Positions 49,044-60,870 of a stretch of 64,000 nt of DNA are shown here, piece by piece. The translations under genes were made by a program, and so were the position numbers. Source of the DNA: Chiloscyllium plagiosum (taxonomy: Eukaryota); contig NC_057718.1 in the NCBI RefSeq assembly GCF_004010195.1, positions 78,116,638 through 78,180,637 of the forward strand, given 5' to 3'. Positions within the stretch are counted from its first letter, which is position 1. Every line of letters starts with the position of its first letter. Below the pieces are notes generated by a model, which saw only the letters and a list, made by a program, of their open reading frames with translations, searched no databases and had not been told where the DNA came from.

Positions 49044-49767
49044 CCAAAACTGGGAGAGCTGTCTCACAGACGAGTGAAGCAAATGCCTGACATAGTGATA
49101 CTCACAAATCACACCTTACAATGTCCCAGACACCACCATCACCATCTCGAGCTATGTCCTCTCCCAGTAGACACAGACGCCGCAGAGGTGGTGATATACT
49201 TGGGAGTACTTGACATCGACTCTGCACCTCATGAAGTTTCATGGCATCAGGTTAAATACAGGAAAAGAATTGTCTTGCTGATTACTATGGACTCTCCTCC
49301 CTCCTGTGATGAATCAAAGTTCTCCATTATGAACAATACTTTGAGGAAGCACTGAGGGTGGCAACGGCCCAAAAAATACTCTGGGTGGGGGATTTCAGTG
49401 TCCACCAGCAAGAGTGCTCAGCATTAATACTACTGTTCACACTGGTCAGATTCTAAAGGACATAGCTGCTAAACTGGGTCTGTGGTGGGTTGTGAGGAAA
49501 CCAACAAGAGGGAAAAATGTATTTAACCCCATTCTTTCCATTCTGCCAGCTACAGATGTATCTGTCAGTGAGAATATCAGTAAGAGTGACTACAAAACAG
49601 TCCTTGTGGAGGCAAGGTCCTGCCTTCAGATTGAGAAAGTCCTCCACCATGTTTTGTGAGACTATAATCATGCTAAATGGAACAGACTGCTAACCGGCCT
49701 CACAACTCAAGACTGAGCCATCACTGTAGGCCATCATAATCTGCAGTCTCATAGTCCGCATATTTAC

Positions 49768-50095
49768 GGGCGGCACTGTGGCATAGCGGTTAGCACTGCT
49801 GCCTCACAGTGCCAGAGACCTGGGTTCAATTCCTGCCACAGGCGACTGACTGTGTGAAGTTGTACATTCTCCCCGTGTCTGCGTGGGTTTCCTCTGGGTG
49901 CTCCGGTTTCCTCCCACAGTCCAAAAATGTGCAGGTCAGGTGAATTGGCTATGCTAAACTGCCTGTAATGTTAGGTGAAGGGGTAAGTGTAGGGCAATGG
50001 GTCTGGGTGAGTTGCGCTACGGCGGGTTGGTGTGGACTTGTTGGGCCGAAGGGCCTGTTTCCACACTGTAAGTAATCTAATCTAATCTAATCTAA
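49768..50095 (+). mobile_element. tRNA-derived SINE (HE1/V-SINE-like)
   Basis: Collinear with 29276-29590; (TAATC)4 tail. Confidence 0.92.
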
Positions 50096-50975
50096 CATCC
50101 CACGTTCAAGCATTACCATCCAGCCTGGGGATCAACCCTAGTTCAATTGAGAGTGTAAGGAGGGCATGCTAGGAGCAGCACCAGGAATATCTCAACTGAG
50201 GTGTCAACTTGAAGTTACTAAACAGGGCCACTTGCACGCCAAAAAGCATAAGTAGTAAGTGTTGAGCTGAGTGATCCCACAGCCAACAGATCAGATCTGA
50301 GCTCTGTTATGCTGCCACATCTAGTTGTGAATGGTGGTGGATAATTGAATAACTCACTGGAGGAGGCTTCACAAATATCCCCACCTTCAATGAAAGAAGA
50401 GTCCAGTATATCAGTGCAAAAGATAAAGCTGAAGCATTTACACCGATCTTCAGCTAGTAATGCCATGTGGATCATCCATCCCAGCCTGCTCCAGTGGTAC
50501 CCAGTATCACAGATGCCAATCTTCAGTCAATTTGATTCACTTCACGTGATATCACGAAAAAGTTGGAGGCATAGGATACTGCAAAGGCTATGGGCCCGGA
50601 TAAGATACACAATAGTACAAAGATATGCTCCGAACTTGGCGCTCTCTGAGCCAAGCTGTTCCAGTACAGTTGCAATACTGGCATCTACACAGTAATGTGG
50701 AAAATTGCTCAGGTATGTCCTGTACACATAAAGGACAAATCCAACCTGGTGAGTTACCGCTTTTGTCAGCCACCCATAATCATGTCTCACAAACTTGATT
50801 GAGTTTTTTGAAGAAGTAACAAAGAAGATTGATGAGGGCAGAGCAGTAGATGTGATCTATATGGACTTCAGTAAGGCGTTCAACAAGGTTCCCCATGGGA
50901 GACTGATTAGCAAGGTTAGATCTCATGGAATACAGGGAGAACTAGCAATTTGGATACAGAACTGGCTCAAAGGTA

Positions 50976-51731
50976 NNNNNNNNNNNNNNNNNNNNNNNNN
51001 NNNNNNNNNNNNNNNNNNNNNNNNNNNNNNNNNNNNNNNNNNNNNNNNNNNNNNNNNNNNNNNNNNNNNNNNNNNNNNNNNNNNNNNNNNNNNNNNNNNN
51101 NNNNNNNNNNNNNNNNNNNNNNNNNNNNNNNNNNNNNNNNNNNNNNNNNNNNNNNNNNNNNNNNNNNNNNNNNNNNNNNNNNNNNNNNNNNNNNNNNNNN
51201 NNNNNNNNNNNNNNNNNNNNNNNNNNNNNNNNNNNNNNNNNNNNNNNNNNNNNNNNNNNNNNNNNNNNNNNNNNNNNNNNNNNNNNNNNNNNNNNNNNNN
51301 NNNNNNNNNNNNNNNNNNNNNNNNNNNNNNNNNNNNNNNNNNNNNNNNNNNNNNNNNNNNNNNNNNNNNNNNNNNNNNNNNNNNNNNNNNNNNNNNNNNN
51401 NNNNNNNNNNNNNNNNNNNNNNNNNNNNNNNNNNNNNNNNNNNNNNNNNNNNNNNNNNNNNNNNNNNNNNNNNNNNNNNNNNNNNNNNNNNNNNNNNNNN
51501 NNNNNNNNNNNNNNNNNNNNNNNNNNNNNNNNNNNNNNNNNNNNNNNNNNNNNNNNNNNNNNNNNNNNNNNNNNNNNNNNNNNNNNNNNNNNNNNNNNNN
51601 NNNNNNNNNNNNNNNNNNNNNNNNNNNNNNNNNNNNNNNNNNNNNNNNNNNNNNNNNNNNNNNNNNNNNNNNNNNNNNNNNNNNNNNNNNNNNNNNNNNN
51701 NNNNNNNNNNNNNNNNNNNNNNNNNNNNNNN
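50976..51731. other. Assembly gap (N run)
   Basis: Run of n. Confidence 1.
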
Positions 51732-52228
51732 TTTCATGCAGAGGGTGGTACGTGTATGGAATGAGCTGCCAGAGGATGTGGTGGAGGCTGGTACAATTGC
51801 AACATTTAAAAGGCATTTGGATGGGTGAGAGGGGAAAGATATAAAAGAGACCTAAGGGACAACTTTTTCATGCAGAGGGTGGTACGTGTATGGAATGAGC
51901 TGCCAGAGGATGTGGTGGAGGCTGGTACAATTGCAACATTTAAAAGGCATTTGGATGGGTGAGAGGGGAAAGATATAAAAGAGACCTAAGGGACAACTTT
52001 TTCATGCAGAGGGTGGTACGTGTATGGAATGAGCTGCCAGAGGATGTGGTGGAGGCTGGTACAATTGCAACATTTAAAAGGCATTTGGATGGGTGAGAGG
52101 GGAAAGATATAAAAGAGACCTAAGGGACAACTTTTTCATGCAGAGGGTGGTACGTGTATGGAATGAGCTGCCAGAGGATGTGGTGGAGGCTGGTACAATT
52201 GCAACATTTAAAAGGCATTTGGATGGGT
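51732..52228 (+). repeat. Perfect 134-bp tandem repeat (about 3.7 copies) of a CR1 segment
   Basis: Units start at 51827, 51961 and 52095; copies appear identical. Confidence 0.95.
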
Positions 52229-53356
52229 ATATGAATAGGAAGGGTTTGCAGGGATATGGGCCGGGTGCTGGCAGGTGGGACTAGATTGGGTTGGGATTTC
52301 TGATCGGCATGGACGGGTTGGACCGAAGGGTCTGTTTCCATGCTGTACATCTCTATGACTCTATACTCACCACCACAAAACAGAATCACAGAGACAGATA
52401 CCAACACATGATATGCCATATGTAACAAATGAGTCAAGAGATAAAAGCCACATTTGGTGACAGTGAAGATTGGGTATACATGGAATGCATTCAGTTATTT
52501 TTTGCGAACATTTTTAATATCAAAATGGTAACATTTTGGCCCTGGGCTTGAGCTAGATTAATACTATGCTTCAGATTGATCAGATGAGTCTTGGACTCAT
52601 TTTCATGTTTGAGGCGAGCTGCTGGCATTTGTTGCCTCCAATGGTAGCTTGCCTTATACTGGGAATTAAATTAGATGGATGGGAATTAGGGGATAGGTCT
52701 TTGAGGTATTGGAGGCAGAGGGGGATGCAAGTCAGGAGGGGAGCTGGTCGGTGTTAAATTAGGGTGGGGTTCTGATTAGGGTACAGGCCCAATTTTACCT
52801 CCAGACAGGAATTATAGCGTGTTCTAATACCTCTAACCTTTCCTGGTTAACTTTTAAGTTAAGTGACTTGAAACACTCCAAAATCTCCAGTTCATCTCAG
52901 AGTTTCAAAGGGTTTCAGATGGATAACTTGGTAATGGCCCAATTGGAAATTTCAACTTGCCAGGCAATTCCCATAGAAGGAACAGTGTCAGCATCTCCAC
53001 ATGGTCCTGATGCACATCTCCATTCTATGTTGCCCAATAATTACTTTCCTACTAGAAGATTGAGGGCAAAGAGTAGCAAGGCATGAGGAAGTATTTCTGT
53101 TAAATGCTCTGCACTGCAGTCTGGTCATCTGTTCAATCTACAGAGGCCAATGATCGGTACATTTACTTTCCGTTTTCTATGATTGTCTTACATTGATTAC
53201 AGAACTTTAAAATCTGATACTCAGGGGTTGCATTTTCTCTTCAGGTAATAGTTCTGAAAAAGTTAATGTTAATGACTGTATTGAGCTTCAATAATATCAT
53301 ACTGGCTCTGTGGGAATAAAATATCTTAGGATCTCACTGAATGCAGACCTACTCAT

Positions 53357-55020
53357 TGTCACAAAGCTGGTACGTTTTCTCAAAGTTACTGTGTCCTTGA
53401 TTTTTTTCAGAGGGTTCATAAAACAGCCCAGGCACTGAAACAGCTGAGTTGGTGCAGAGATGAATGGTTTATTGGGGCCCTTTTTGTTTACCCCTAAACA
53501 ATTGATACCTCAGGCCAAAGGCTTTCATGTTTTAGAAGTAACTTGTATAATGAAAGGGGAATGGCCAATCCTGGCAGCTGAGGTTTTATGGTTCAGTTGT
53601 ATTGGGACTGTAGCACGTATTTTCGCAACAGCATCATTAAGTCAGGTTTGGATAGGATAAATTATCGGGTATTCTATTTTCTGTTCTTTCTGTTACATTA
53701 TGTAATTTTGTAAATAAATTTTGTTTGTTTAAAACTTGGCAGTCGACCCAGCTAATTTACATCAGGAATATCCACGATACACCTAGCTAAACAAATAGCA
53801 AAGTTACAGTCTGGGCTACCTGCTTAAAAATGTTTTGATGGGTCCAGTCTAGTCCATAATAGACTGGGAGCTCTTTGCAGGATCTAAACAGCAAATGGGA
53901 GATGTTAGTGTCTTTTGTTTTGGGTGTCGAATAGCAATGGTTCTTTCAGTCAGCAAAGAGTTTCTGGGGGTGGAAGAAGTGACCCTGGGGGTTTTACAAA
54001 AGGCAAATAAGACCAAGCTGTGGGAATTAATACACAAGCTGGGGTTGAATTTACCTCCTAATGCGAGGAAAGATGCAATGATTTTAGCTGTTGCTCAATA
54101 TTTAAATTTGCTGGAAACACCATCAGGATCTATAGTGATGGCAAGAATTGCATTTCAAATGAAGCAGCCTGAGTTGGGGATGAGAGATAGGGAAGCGGTA
54201 GCTGAAATGAAACAGTTTGAGTTATGATTAAAATCAGAAGAAAATGTACACAGGGCTTTAGCAGAAAGGAAAGAAAAAGAGAGAGAGAGTTTGAACCTCA
54301 GAAATTGACACTTAAAAAGGGAAGTCAGCATAAAAGGATGGAGATGAAGGCTGAAGGTAGGCTTAATGAGGAAGAGAGTGAGGATGAGCAAGCCCCTGCT
54401 AGGCAAACGCCTGGTGAGAAACTGTTTAAGTATGTTCAGGCATTGCCTAAATTTGAAGAGAAGGATGTGGAAACCTTTTTCATCTCATTTGAAAAAGTGG
54501 CTAAACAAATGGAGTGGCCAGTGACCATGTGGGTTTTGTTGATCCAAACCAAACTTGTAGGTAGAGCTAGTGAGGTCACTATCAGAGGAGGTATTTGGGT
54601 AATATGAGAAGGTGAGAAAAAGCCATGTTAAGTGCTAATGAGCTTGTACCAGAAGCCAATAGACAATGTTTCAGGAATCTAAGGAGGGACCCTGGTCAAA
54701 CCTATATTGAGTTTGAAAGGATCAAACAAAGTAATTTTGATAGATGGATAAGAGCCTTAAAAGTAAAGCAAATTTATGATGCTCTTAAAGAGACAATTAT
54801 TTTGGAGGAGTTCAAAAATTGACTGCCTGACATATTGCGAACTCATGTGGAAGAGCAGAGAGTTAAAATGGCGAGGTTAGTAGCTGAAGTGGCTGATGAC
54901 TATGAGTTGATCCATAAACCGTGAGTTGACTTCCTAAATCAATTCCAATCCATGAGGGATAGAGGCTGGGGAAAAGAGAAATCCTTACACGGAAGGGGAA
55001 AGGTAGATCCCAGTGTTGAT
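53357..55020 (+). mobile_element. Partial Gmr1-like LTR element: 5' LTR (53357-53861), PBS, gag remnant
   Basis: LTR similar to the reverse complement of 45706-46270. PBS TGGGAGCTCTTTGCAGGAT at 53865. Peptides MVLSVSKEFLGVEEVTLGVLQK, LPKFEEKDVETFFISFEKVAKQMEWP and ALKETIILEEFKN. Confidence 0.88.
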
Positions 55021-55021
55021 C

Positions 55022-56536
55022 ATAACCATTCCATCAGTTTACTTTCGATTATCAATGAAGTGATGGAAGGCATTATCAACAGTGCTATCAAGCACCACAT
55101 GCTCAGAACCAAACTAAGCAGATTATTGCTATCAGGGTCACTCTGCTCCTGACCTCATTACAGCCTTGGTTCAAACATGGACAAAAAAACTAAATTTTAG
55201 AGGTGAAGTGAGAGTAAACTGATGGAATCTTCACATCAAGGCCACATTTAACCAAGTAGTCTCAAGGAGCCTGAGCAAAACCAGAATCAATGGAAATCGG
55301 GTGGGGGCTCTACTAGTTGGACTCAATCCTGGAAATTGGTCTTGGTTGTTGAAAGTCAGTCATCTCAGCTCCAGGGCATGTTTGCAGGAGTTCCTCTTTG
55401 TTCTAGGCCCAGCCATCTTCATCTGCTCTCTCAATGATCCCTCCATCATAAGGTCAGAAGTGGTAATGTTCGCTGATGATTGCACAATGTTCAGCATTGT
55501 CCGTGATTCCTGAGATACCGAAGCAGTCCATGTTCAAATGATATATAATCTGGACAATACCTAGGCTTGGGCTGACAAGTGGCAAGTAACATTCATGCTA
55601 TACAAATACCAGGCTATGACCATCACCAACAAGAGACATTCTAACCACAACCCCTTAACATTCAGCAATGTTACCATCACTGAATCCCCACCACCAACAT
55701 CTTGGGGCTTACCATTGACCAGAAACTCACTGGACTCCTCATATAAACACAGTGGCTACAAGAGCAGATCACAAGCTAGGAATACTGTGGCAAGTAACTC
55801 ACCTCCTGACTCCCCAAAGCCTACTTAGCATCTATAAGGCGCAAGTCAAGAGTGTGATAGAATATTAGGAAAACGTGAGGACTGCAGATGCTGAAGATCA
55901 AAGTGGAGGTTGTGGTGCTGGAAAAGCACAGCAGGTCAGGCAGCATCCGAGGAGCAGGAGAATCGACGCTTATGCCCAAAATGTCGCTTCTCCTGCTCCT
56001 CAGATGCTGCCTGATCTGTTGTGCTTTTCCAGCGCCACAGTCTCGACTGTAATGGAATACTCCCGATTTGCCTGGATAAGTGCAGCTTTAACAACATTCA
56101 AGCTTGACACTATCCAGGACAAAGCAGCTCACCTGATTGGCACCATATCCACAAACATCCACTTCCACCACCACCAAAACACAGTAGCAGCAGTGTGTAC
56201 TATCTACAAGATGCGCTACAGATATTCACCAAAGATCCTTAGACAGCATCTTCCAAACACATAAACACTTCTATCTAGAAGGACGAGGGCTGCATAACAC
56301 CATCACCTGCAAATTCCCTGTAAACCACTCACCATCCTGACTTGGAAATATATTGCTGTTCCTTCACTGTCACTGGGTCAAAATCATGGAATTCCCTCCA
56401 TAAGGACATTGTGAGCCAACCAACAGGGACTGGAATGGTTTAAGAAGGCAAATCACCATCAACTTCTCCAGGTAAATGGGATGGGTCATAACTGCTGGCC
56501 AGTCAGCGATGCCCATGTCCTACAAGTGAATAAAAG
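55022..56536 (+). mobile_element. RT and 3' end of the second LINE family (CR1/L2 group)
   Basis: Peptides SISLLSIINEVMEGIINSAIKHH and VLGPAIFICSLND..MFADDCTMFS. Ends GTGAATAAAAG. Confidence 0.82.
55866..56047. mobile_element. Penelope-like fold-back cassette, family A, centre deleted
   Basis: Inverted arms around 55970. Imperfect TSD TGTGATAGAATA / TGTAATGGAATA. Confidence 0.8.
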
Positions 56537-56634
56537 AAGCTAGTCTTTATTCACCAATAACTATTTCATCCAGGTTTTCATGTAAGAGGCTTGAGCTGAT
56601 TTTCCAACCAATCAGTCAGTTAAAATCAGGCAAG

Positions 56635-56961
56635 TTAGATTAGATTAGATTTGATTTCCTACAGTGTGGAAACAGGCCCTTCGGCCCAATTAGTCCACAC
56701 CCACCCTCCGAAGAGCAACCCACCCAGACCCATTCCCCTACATTTACCCCTTCACCTAACACTATGGGCAAGTTAGCATGGCCAATTCACCTAACCTGCA
56801 CATCTTTGGACTGTGGGAGGAAACCGGAGCACCTGGAGGAAACCCACACAGACACATGGAGAATGTGCAAACTCCACACAGACAGTTGCCCGAGGCAGGA
56901 ATTAAACGCGGGTCTCTGGTGCTGTGAGGCAGCGGTGCTAACCACTGTGCCACCGTGCCAC
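56635..56961 (-). mobile_element. tRNA-derived SINE (HE1/V-SINE-like)
   Basis: Reverse complement of the 29276 SINE, with a (GATTA)n tail. Confidence 0.92.
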
Positions 56962-57534
56962 CCCTTATCAAACTGACATCACACTGGCCCAGCACTACAA
57001 TCTTCACCATTTTTTTCAAGTGAGCCAAGGTTCCCGCCTCAGGAAGACACAGACTTTGTTAAAGTATGAACACCAATGCAATTGGGTTTCTAATTAAAAT
57101 AGCAATTAAACTGTCTCTGTGTCTTCTTCTGCAGGCACATCCTGCCATCATTCTTTAGCAGGTGGAGAAATGTTAGAGGAGGATGATATAATCAATTGTG
57201 TCAAAGGTTTCAGACAAATCAGGAGGGATTAAGCTTCATATGGTCTCACCAAAATCTTCTCCTCTTCGTCAAACTCTCATCAAAGATGCACCCTAATGGT
57301 TCTAGTGTAACCGTTACCCAGTAACAAGATTCAGCTTGCTTTTTTGAAGAAACTGGAGGAGGGGGAAGAATCACGTTGTCCTCATGGAGGAAGAGGAGAA
57401 CAGGCAGGATGAAGACATTGATTGAATCGATACTACTGTTGCCAGCACCAGCTTAGAGGACAAGTGCACCTGATGTCACATAAGTTAGAGACTATGGTTG
57501 CATAATTATATAGTCAGTTGCATAGTTAATAAGG

Positions 57535-57875
57535 TGAGCAGGATGGCACAGTGGCTCACTGCAGCCTCACAGTGCCAGGGACCCAGGTTTGATTTCAGCC
57601 TTGGTGACTATCCATGTGAGTTTACACATTCTGCACATGTTTGCTTGGGCTTCCACCAGGTGCTCCAGTTTCCTCCCACAATCCAAAGATGTACAGGTTA
57701 GGTTTGGCCACAATGAATTGCCTCGTTGTGTCCAGGGATGGGCAGGCTAGGTGGATTAACAATGGTAATTGAGGAGCTATGGCAATAGAGTTGGGGGATG
57801 GCTCTGGAATGGATGCTTTTTGGAGGGTCAGTGAGCCAAATGGCCTCTTTCTGGAGTGTAGGGATTATCTGATTC
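57535..57875 (+). mobile_element. Older degenerate V-SINE-like copy
   Basis: TGGCACAGTGG..GCCTCACAGTGCCAGGGACCCAGGTTTGATT..TTTCCTCCCACAATCCAAAGATGTACAGGTTAGG. Confidence 0.8.
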
Positions 57876-58226
57876 CAACAACAGAGTTGCATACGAAAAT
57901 TTGCCATGTGCTGTGAATTTCATTTGACACTAACTGAAATTAGAAAAACATAGGGTGGAAGGAAGACCGTCTCCATTGGCATCTCACAAGCTGTTAAATG
58001 AGTGATCCGATTTTTTTTAGTCAACAGCACTGATGTTGTTACAAATTGTACAGGATTGTTGTCTTCAGCACAAAGTACTGTCTTGTGTGGATGTGATAGT
58101 GGCAAACTCTTTTGAAAAGAGTCAGTAAAACAAGTCTGTAAAAGCAGAAGTGGTTTGATGGAATCTGGAATAGATTTATGTTATGTGTCCTCTGTTGTCT
58201 CAGTTGCAAGATTGTTCCTGCGTTTA

Positions 58227-58588
58227 GGTAAAAACAATGACTGCAGAGGCTGGAAACCAGATTCTGGATCAATGGTGCTGGAAGAGCACAGCAGTTCAGG
58301 CAGCATCGAGGAGCTTCAGCAAAATCGACATTTCGGGCAAAAGCCCTTCATCAGGAATAAAGGCAGAGAGCCTGAAGCGTGGAGAGATAAGCTAGGGGAG
58401 GGTGGGGTGGGGAGAAAGTAGCATAGAGTACAATGGGTGAGTGGGGGAGGAGAAGAGCTTCAGGGCGGAGGAAATGACCTGGGAGTTGCAGTGGGAGAGG
58501 GACTCCCTGAGATTCTTGTAGACATAGGAGGAAAACTTCTTCAAGTCAGGCATCCTTGCAAGAGGATTCGCACTCTCCACGCTTCAGG
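58227..58588 (-). mobile_element. Penelope-like 3' fragment, family-A variant, with hammerhead core and a short 5' inversion
   Basis: Minus strand reads CTGATGA-A-GGGCTTTTGCCC-GAAA-TGTC (58354-58327). 58573-58588 is the inverse of 58371-58386. Confidence 0.8.
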
Positions 58589-58589
58589 A

Positions 58590-59530
58590 TAATCGTGGCT
58601 GATCATCCAACACAATATCCTGTTCCCACCTTCTCCGTAAAGCTTTTATATACCTTTGGCCCCAAGAATTATATATATCGCCTTCTTGAACACATGCAAT
58701 GTTTCGGCCTCAACTGCTTAGCACTCTCTGGGTGAAGAAATTTCACCTCATCTCAGCCTAAATGACCCACCCCATATCTTTACTGTGGGGTTCTGGACTC
58801 CCCGTCATTGGGAACATTTTTCCTGCCTTTGCCTTGTTTAACCTGTTAACATTTTATAGGGTTCTATAGGCCCTCTCATTCTCCTAAACTGCAATGAACT
58901 GAGCCGGACTCTCTCATACATCAGTCCTGTTATCCCAGGAAGCAGTCTGGTAAATCTTAGTTGTACTCCCTCTATAAACAGAGAATCCTTCCTCAGATAA
59001 GTTCAAAACTGCACTAAATATTCTTAATGCTGTACTCAAATCCTCTTGGTATCAAGGTCAAAATATGATTTGCCTTCTTAAAAAGGGTTCTGGCAAAGGA
59101 TCACTGGACTCAAAACGCGACCTCTGTATTACCCCACAGATTCTGCCAGACCTGCTGAGTTTCTCCAGCAATTTTTTGTTTTATGATATCTTCATCATCT
59201 GCAGCTCTTTATTTTATTAAACAATTTGCCTTTTTCACCACCTGCCTCATGTACATGCCTACTTTCAGAGACTAATATACAAGAACACCCAGGTCTCATT
59301 GCAATTCCCCTTTTCCAATCTGTTCATTCAGATAATAATCTGTCTTCCTGTTTTGCTACCAAGTGGCTAACCTCATATTTATCTACATTATACTTCATCT
59401 GCCACCCAGTTGCTCACTCAACTTCTCCAAATCACACTGAAGCATATCTGCATCCTCCTGACAGTTCACCCTCCCAGCCAGTTTTGTCTTGTCTGCAAAA
59501 TTGGAGATATTGCATTTGTTCCATCATCTA
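58590..59530 (-). mobile_element. Old CR1-type LINE 3' fragment
   Basis: Collinear with 37870-38420 (GGGAACAT..CCTGC, CATACATCAGTCC..CCAGGAA..CTGGTAAATC). Confidence 0.75.
59080..59223 (+). mobile_element. Penelope-like cassette, family C, decayed core
   Basis: CTGGCAAAGGATCACTGGACTCAAAACG followed by CTGCCAGACCTGCTGAGTTTCTCCAGCA. Flanking repeat ATTTGCCTT at 59068-59076 and 59224-59232. Confidence 0.6.
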
Positions 59531-59749
59531 TATCATTACTCTAGAGTCTTTTATCTCTGGACCTCTGCACTATGGTCCTTGCTAACTATAAATCCAACAT
59601 AAGAATTTTACAAACTATAAGCAATAAAAATGGTATAAATTCTCCCTGGGCCTTACACAATCAGCTAGTTCCACTTGCGCACCCTCATGTTTTGACACAA
59701 TTCCCAGACTGCTTCTAGAAGGTAAAATCTTATCAGATCCTATGGCTAT

Positions 59750-59920
59750 TCTGTCACCAGAGAGAGATGACTGGTGCTGATTTAACTTGAGGGTCACTAG
59801 AAGCTGAGATGTTGAGAAGGCGAGACCTTCAGGGTAATCTCAGCCAGTGCAAGAATTGAATCTATGCTGTTGGCATCTCTCTGGCATTGCCAACCTGCTG
59901 TCCAGCTAACTGAGCTAATC
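59750..59920 (-). mobile_element. tRNA-derived SINE of a different family
   Basis: Minus strand reads TTAGCTCAGTTAGCTGG (A box) and AGATTCAATTC (B box-like). Confidence 0.6.
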
Positions 59921-59924
59921 AACT

Positions 59925-60852
59925 GATCTCAGACTGCTTCACTGTGGTGCTGCCTGTCAGAGACTGTTCCTAGACTGTTTCACCACAATGCTACTACAGG
60001 ACGCTGCTAGCAGGCTGCCTCACTATAATGCTGACAGTTGGATATTATTTTATTACCTATTCACTGCAATTCTGCTACAAAACACTGTTCCCAGACTGCT
60101 TTACTTTGATGATGAGATGGACATTCTTCCTACACTGCTTCACTATGCTGCTGCTATAGGTCTGGAAATTGGGACTGGGTTGGGGGAGTAGATGGCAGGG
60201 ATGATGGATGGGAGGGTTTTGATGGTCAGGCCGTGTAGGCTTGGGTGAAGAGAGATTGTGAGGACCCAGGAAGCGAGTGGTGAGATTATGATCCAGCAAA
60301 GCACCAGAGGGGAAGGAGGTTGGTGCAGAGAACTGGGAGGGGAACATGGAAAGGAGGCAGAGAAAGAGAGAGCCTCCCACCTCTTTGGCTGTCCTTGCCA
60401 CTCCCCTACCCTGTCATGGCGACTAGGTGCTCCTTGTCAAATCTTTCCCCGTCCCCATACCTCTACTCCCGATTTCCCAGGCTCTCATCTTCCCTTCTCA
60501 CTCTGAGAGCTTCCCCCCATTCAGCGCAGCCTCTCTACACCACTGAAGCCCAGTTCAAACTCACACATGCACATGCACAGTGATGTATTTGTGCATGATG
60601 TTACAAGTAAAATCTACATTTTGATGTCATTGCTTGGAAACATATGTCTCTGAATGAGCATGCATGCAAAGTTGCCCACAATTGTTGCTGTCAGCAAACA
60701 CTGCCACCCCAGAATGCTTCATTGCAATGATGCTAGAGGACATTGTTGCCAGTCTACTTCACTGGAAAGCCAACTGTCAGATATGTTCTCATACAGTTTC
60801 ACTATCTTGCCAACTGTCAGATACTGTTCCCAGACTGCTTCACTGCAATGCT
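59925..60852. repeat. Degenerate ~40-bp tandem repeat in two blocks (59925-60160, 6 units; 60690-60852, 4 units)
   Basis: Motif ACTGTTCCCAGACTGCTTCACTGCAATGCT recurs at 39-41 bp spacing. Confidence 0.75.
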
Positions 60853-60870
60853 ATATTTTGGATTGTGGAC

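Larger units (their letters stand above)
48590..50775 (+). mobile_element. 5' part of the second LINE family (AP-endonuclease region to start of RT), with a nested cassette and SINE
   Basis: Endonuclease-like remnants GTGGGGGATTTCAGTGTCCACC (VGDFSVH) and PTRGKNVFNPILS..SDYKTV. RT start WKIAQVCPVH at about 50700. Confidence 0.7.
50780..52343 (+). mobile_element. CR1 LINE RT to 3' end, spanning a gap
   Basis: Peptide LIEFFEEVTKKIDEGRAVDVIYMDFSKAFNKVPHGRL; tail CTCTATGACTCTAT. Confidence 0.9.

Noticed and set aside
59925..60852. CRISPR-like array
   Set aside because: Units are contiguous degenerate repeats without unique spacers, there are no cas genes, and the context is vertebrate.
60664..60870. 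N-terminal extension of the 584-aa ORF as a host-retroelement fusion protein
   Set aside because: It lies upstream of the TSD in the 40-bp repeat and is a chance open frame. The ORF length is also inflated by Ns.
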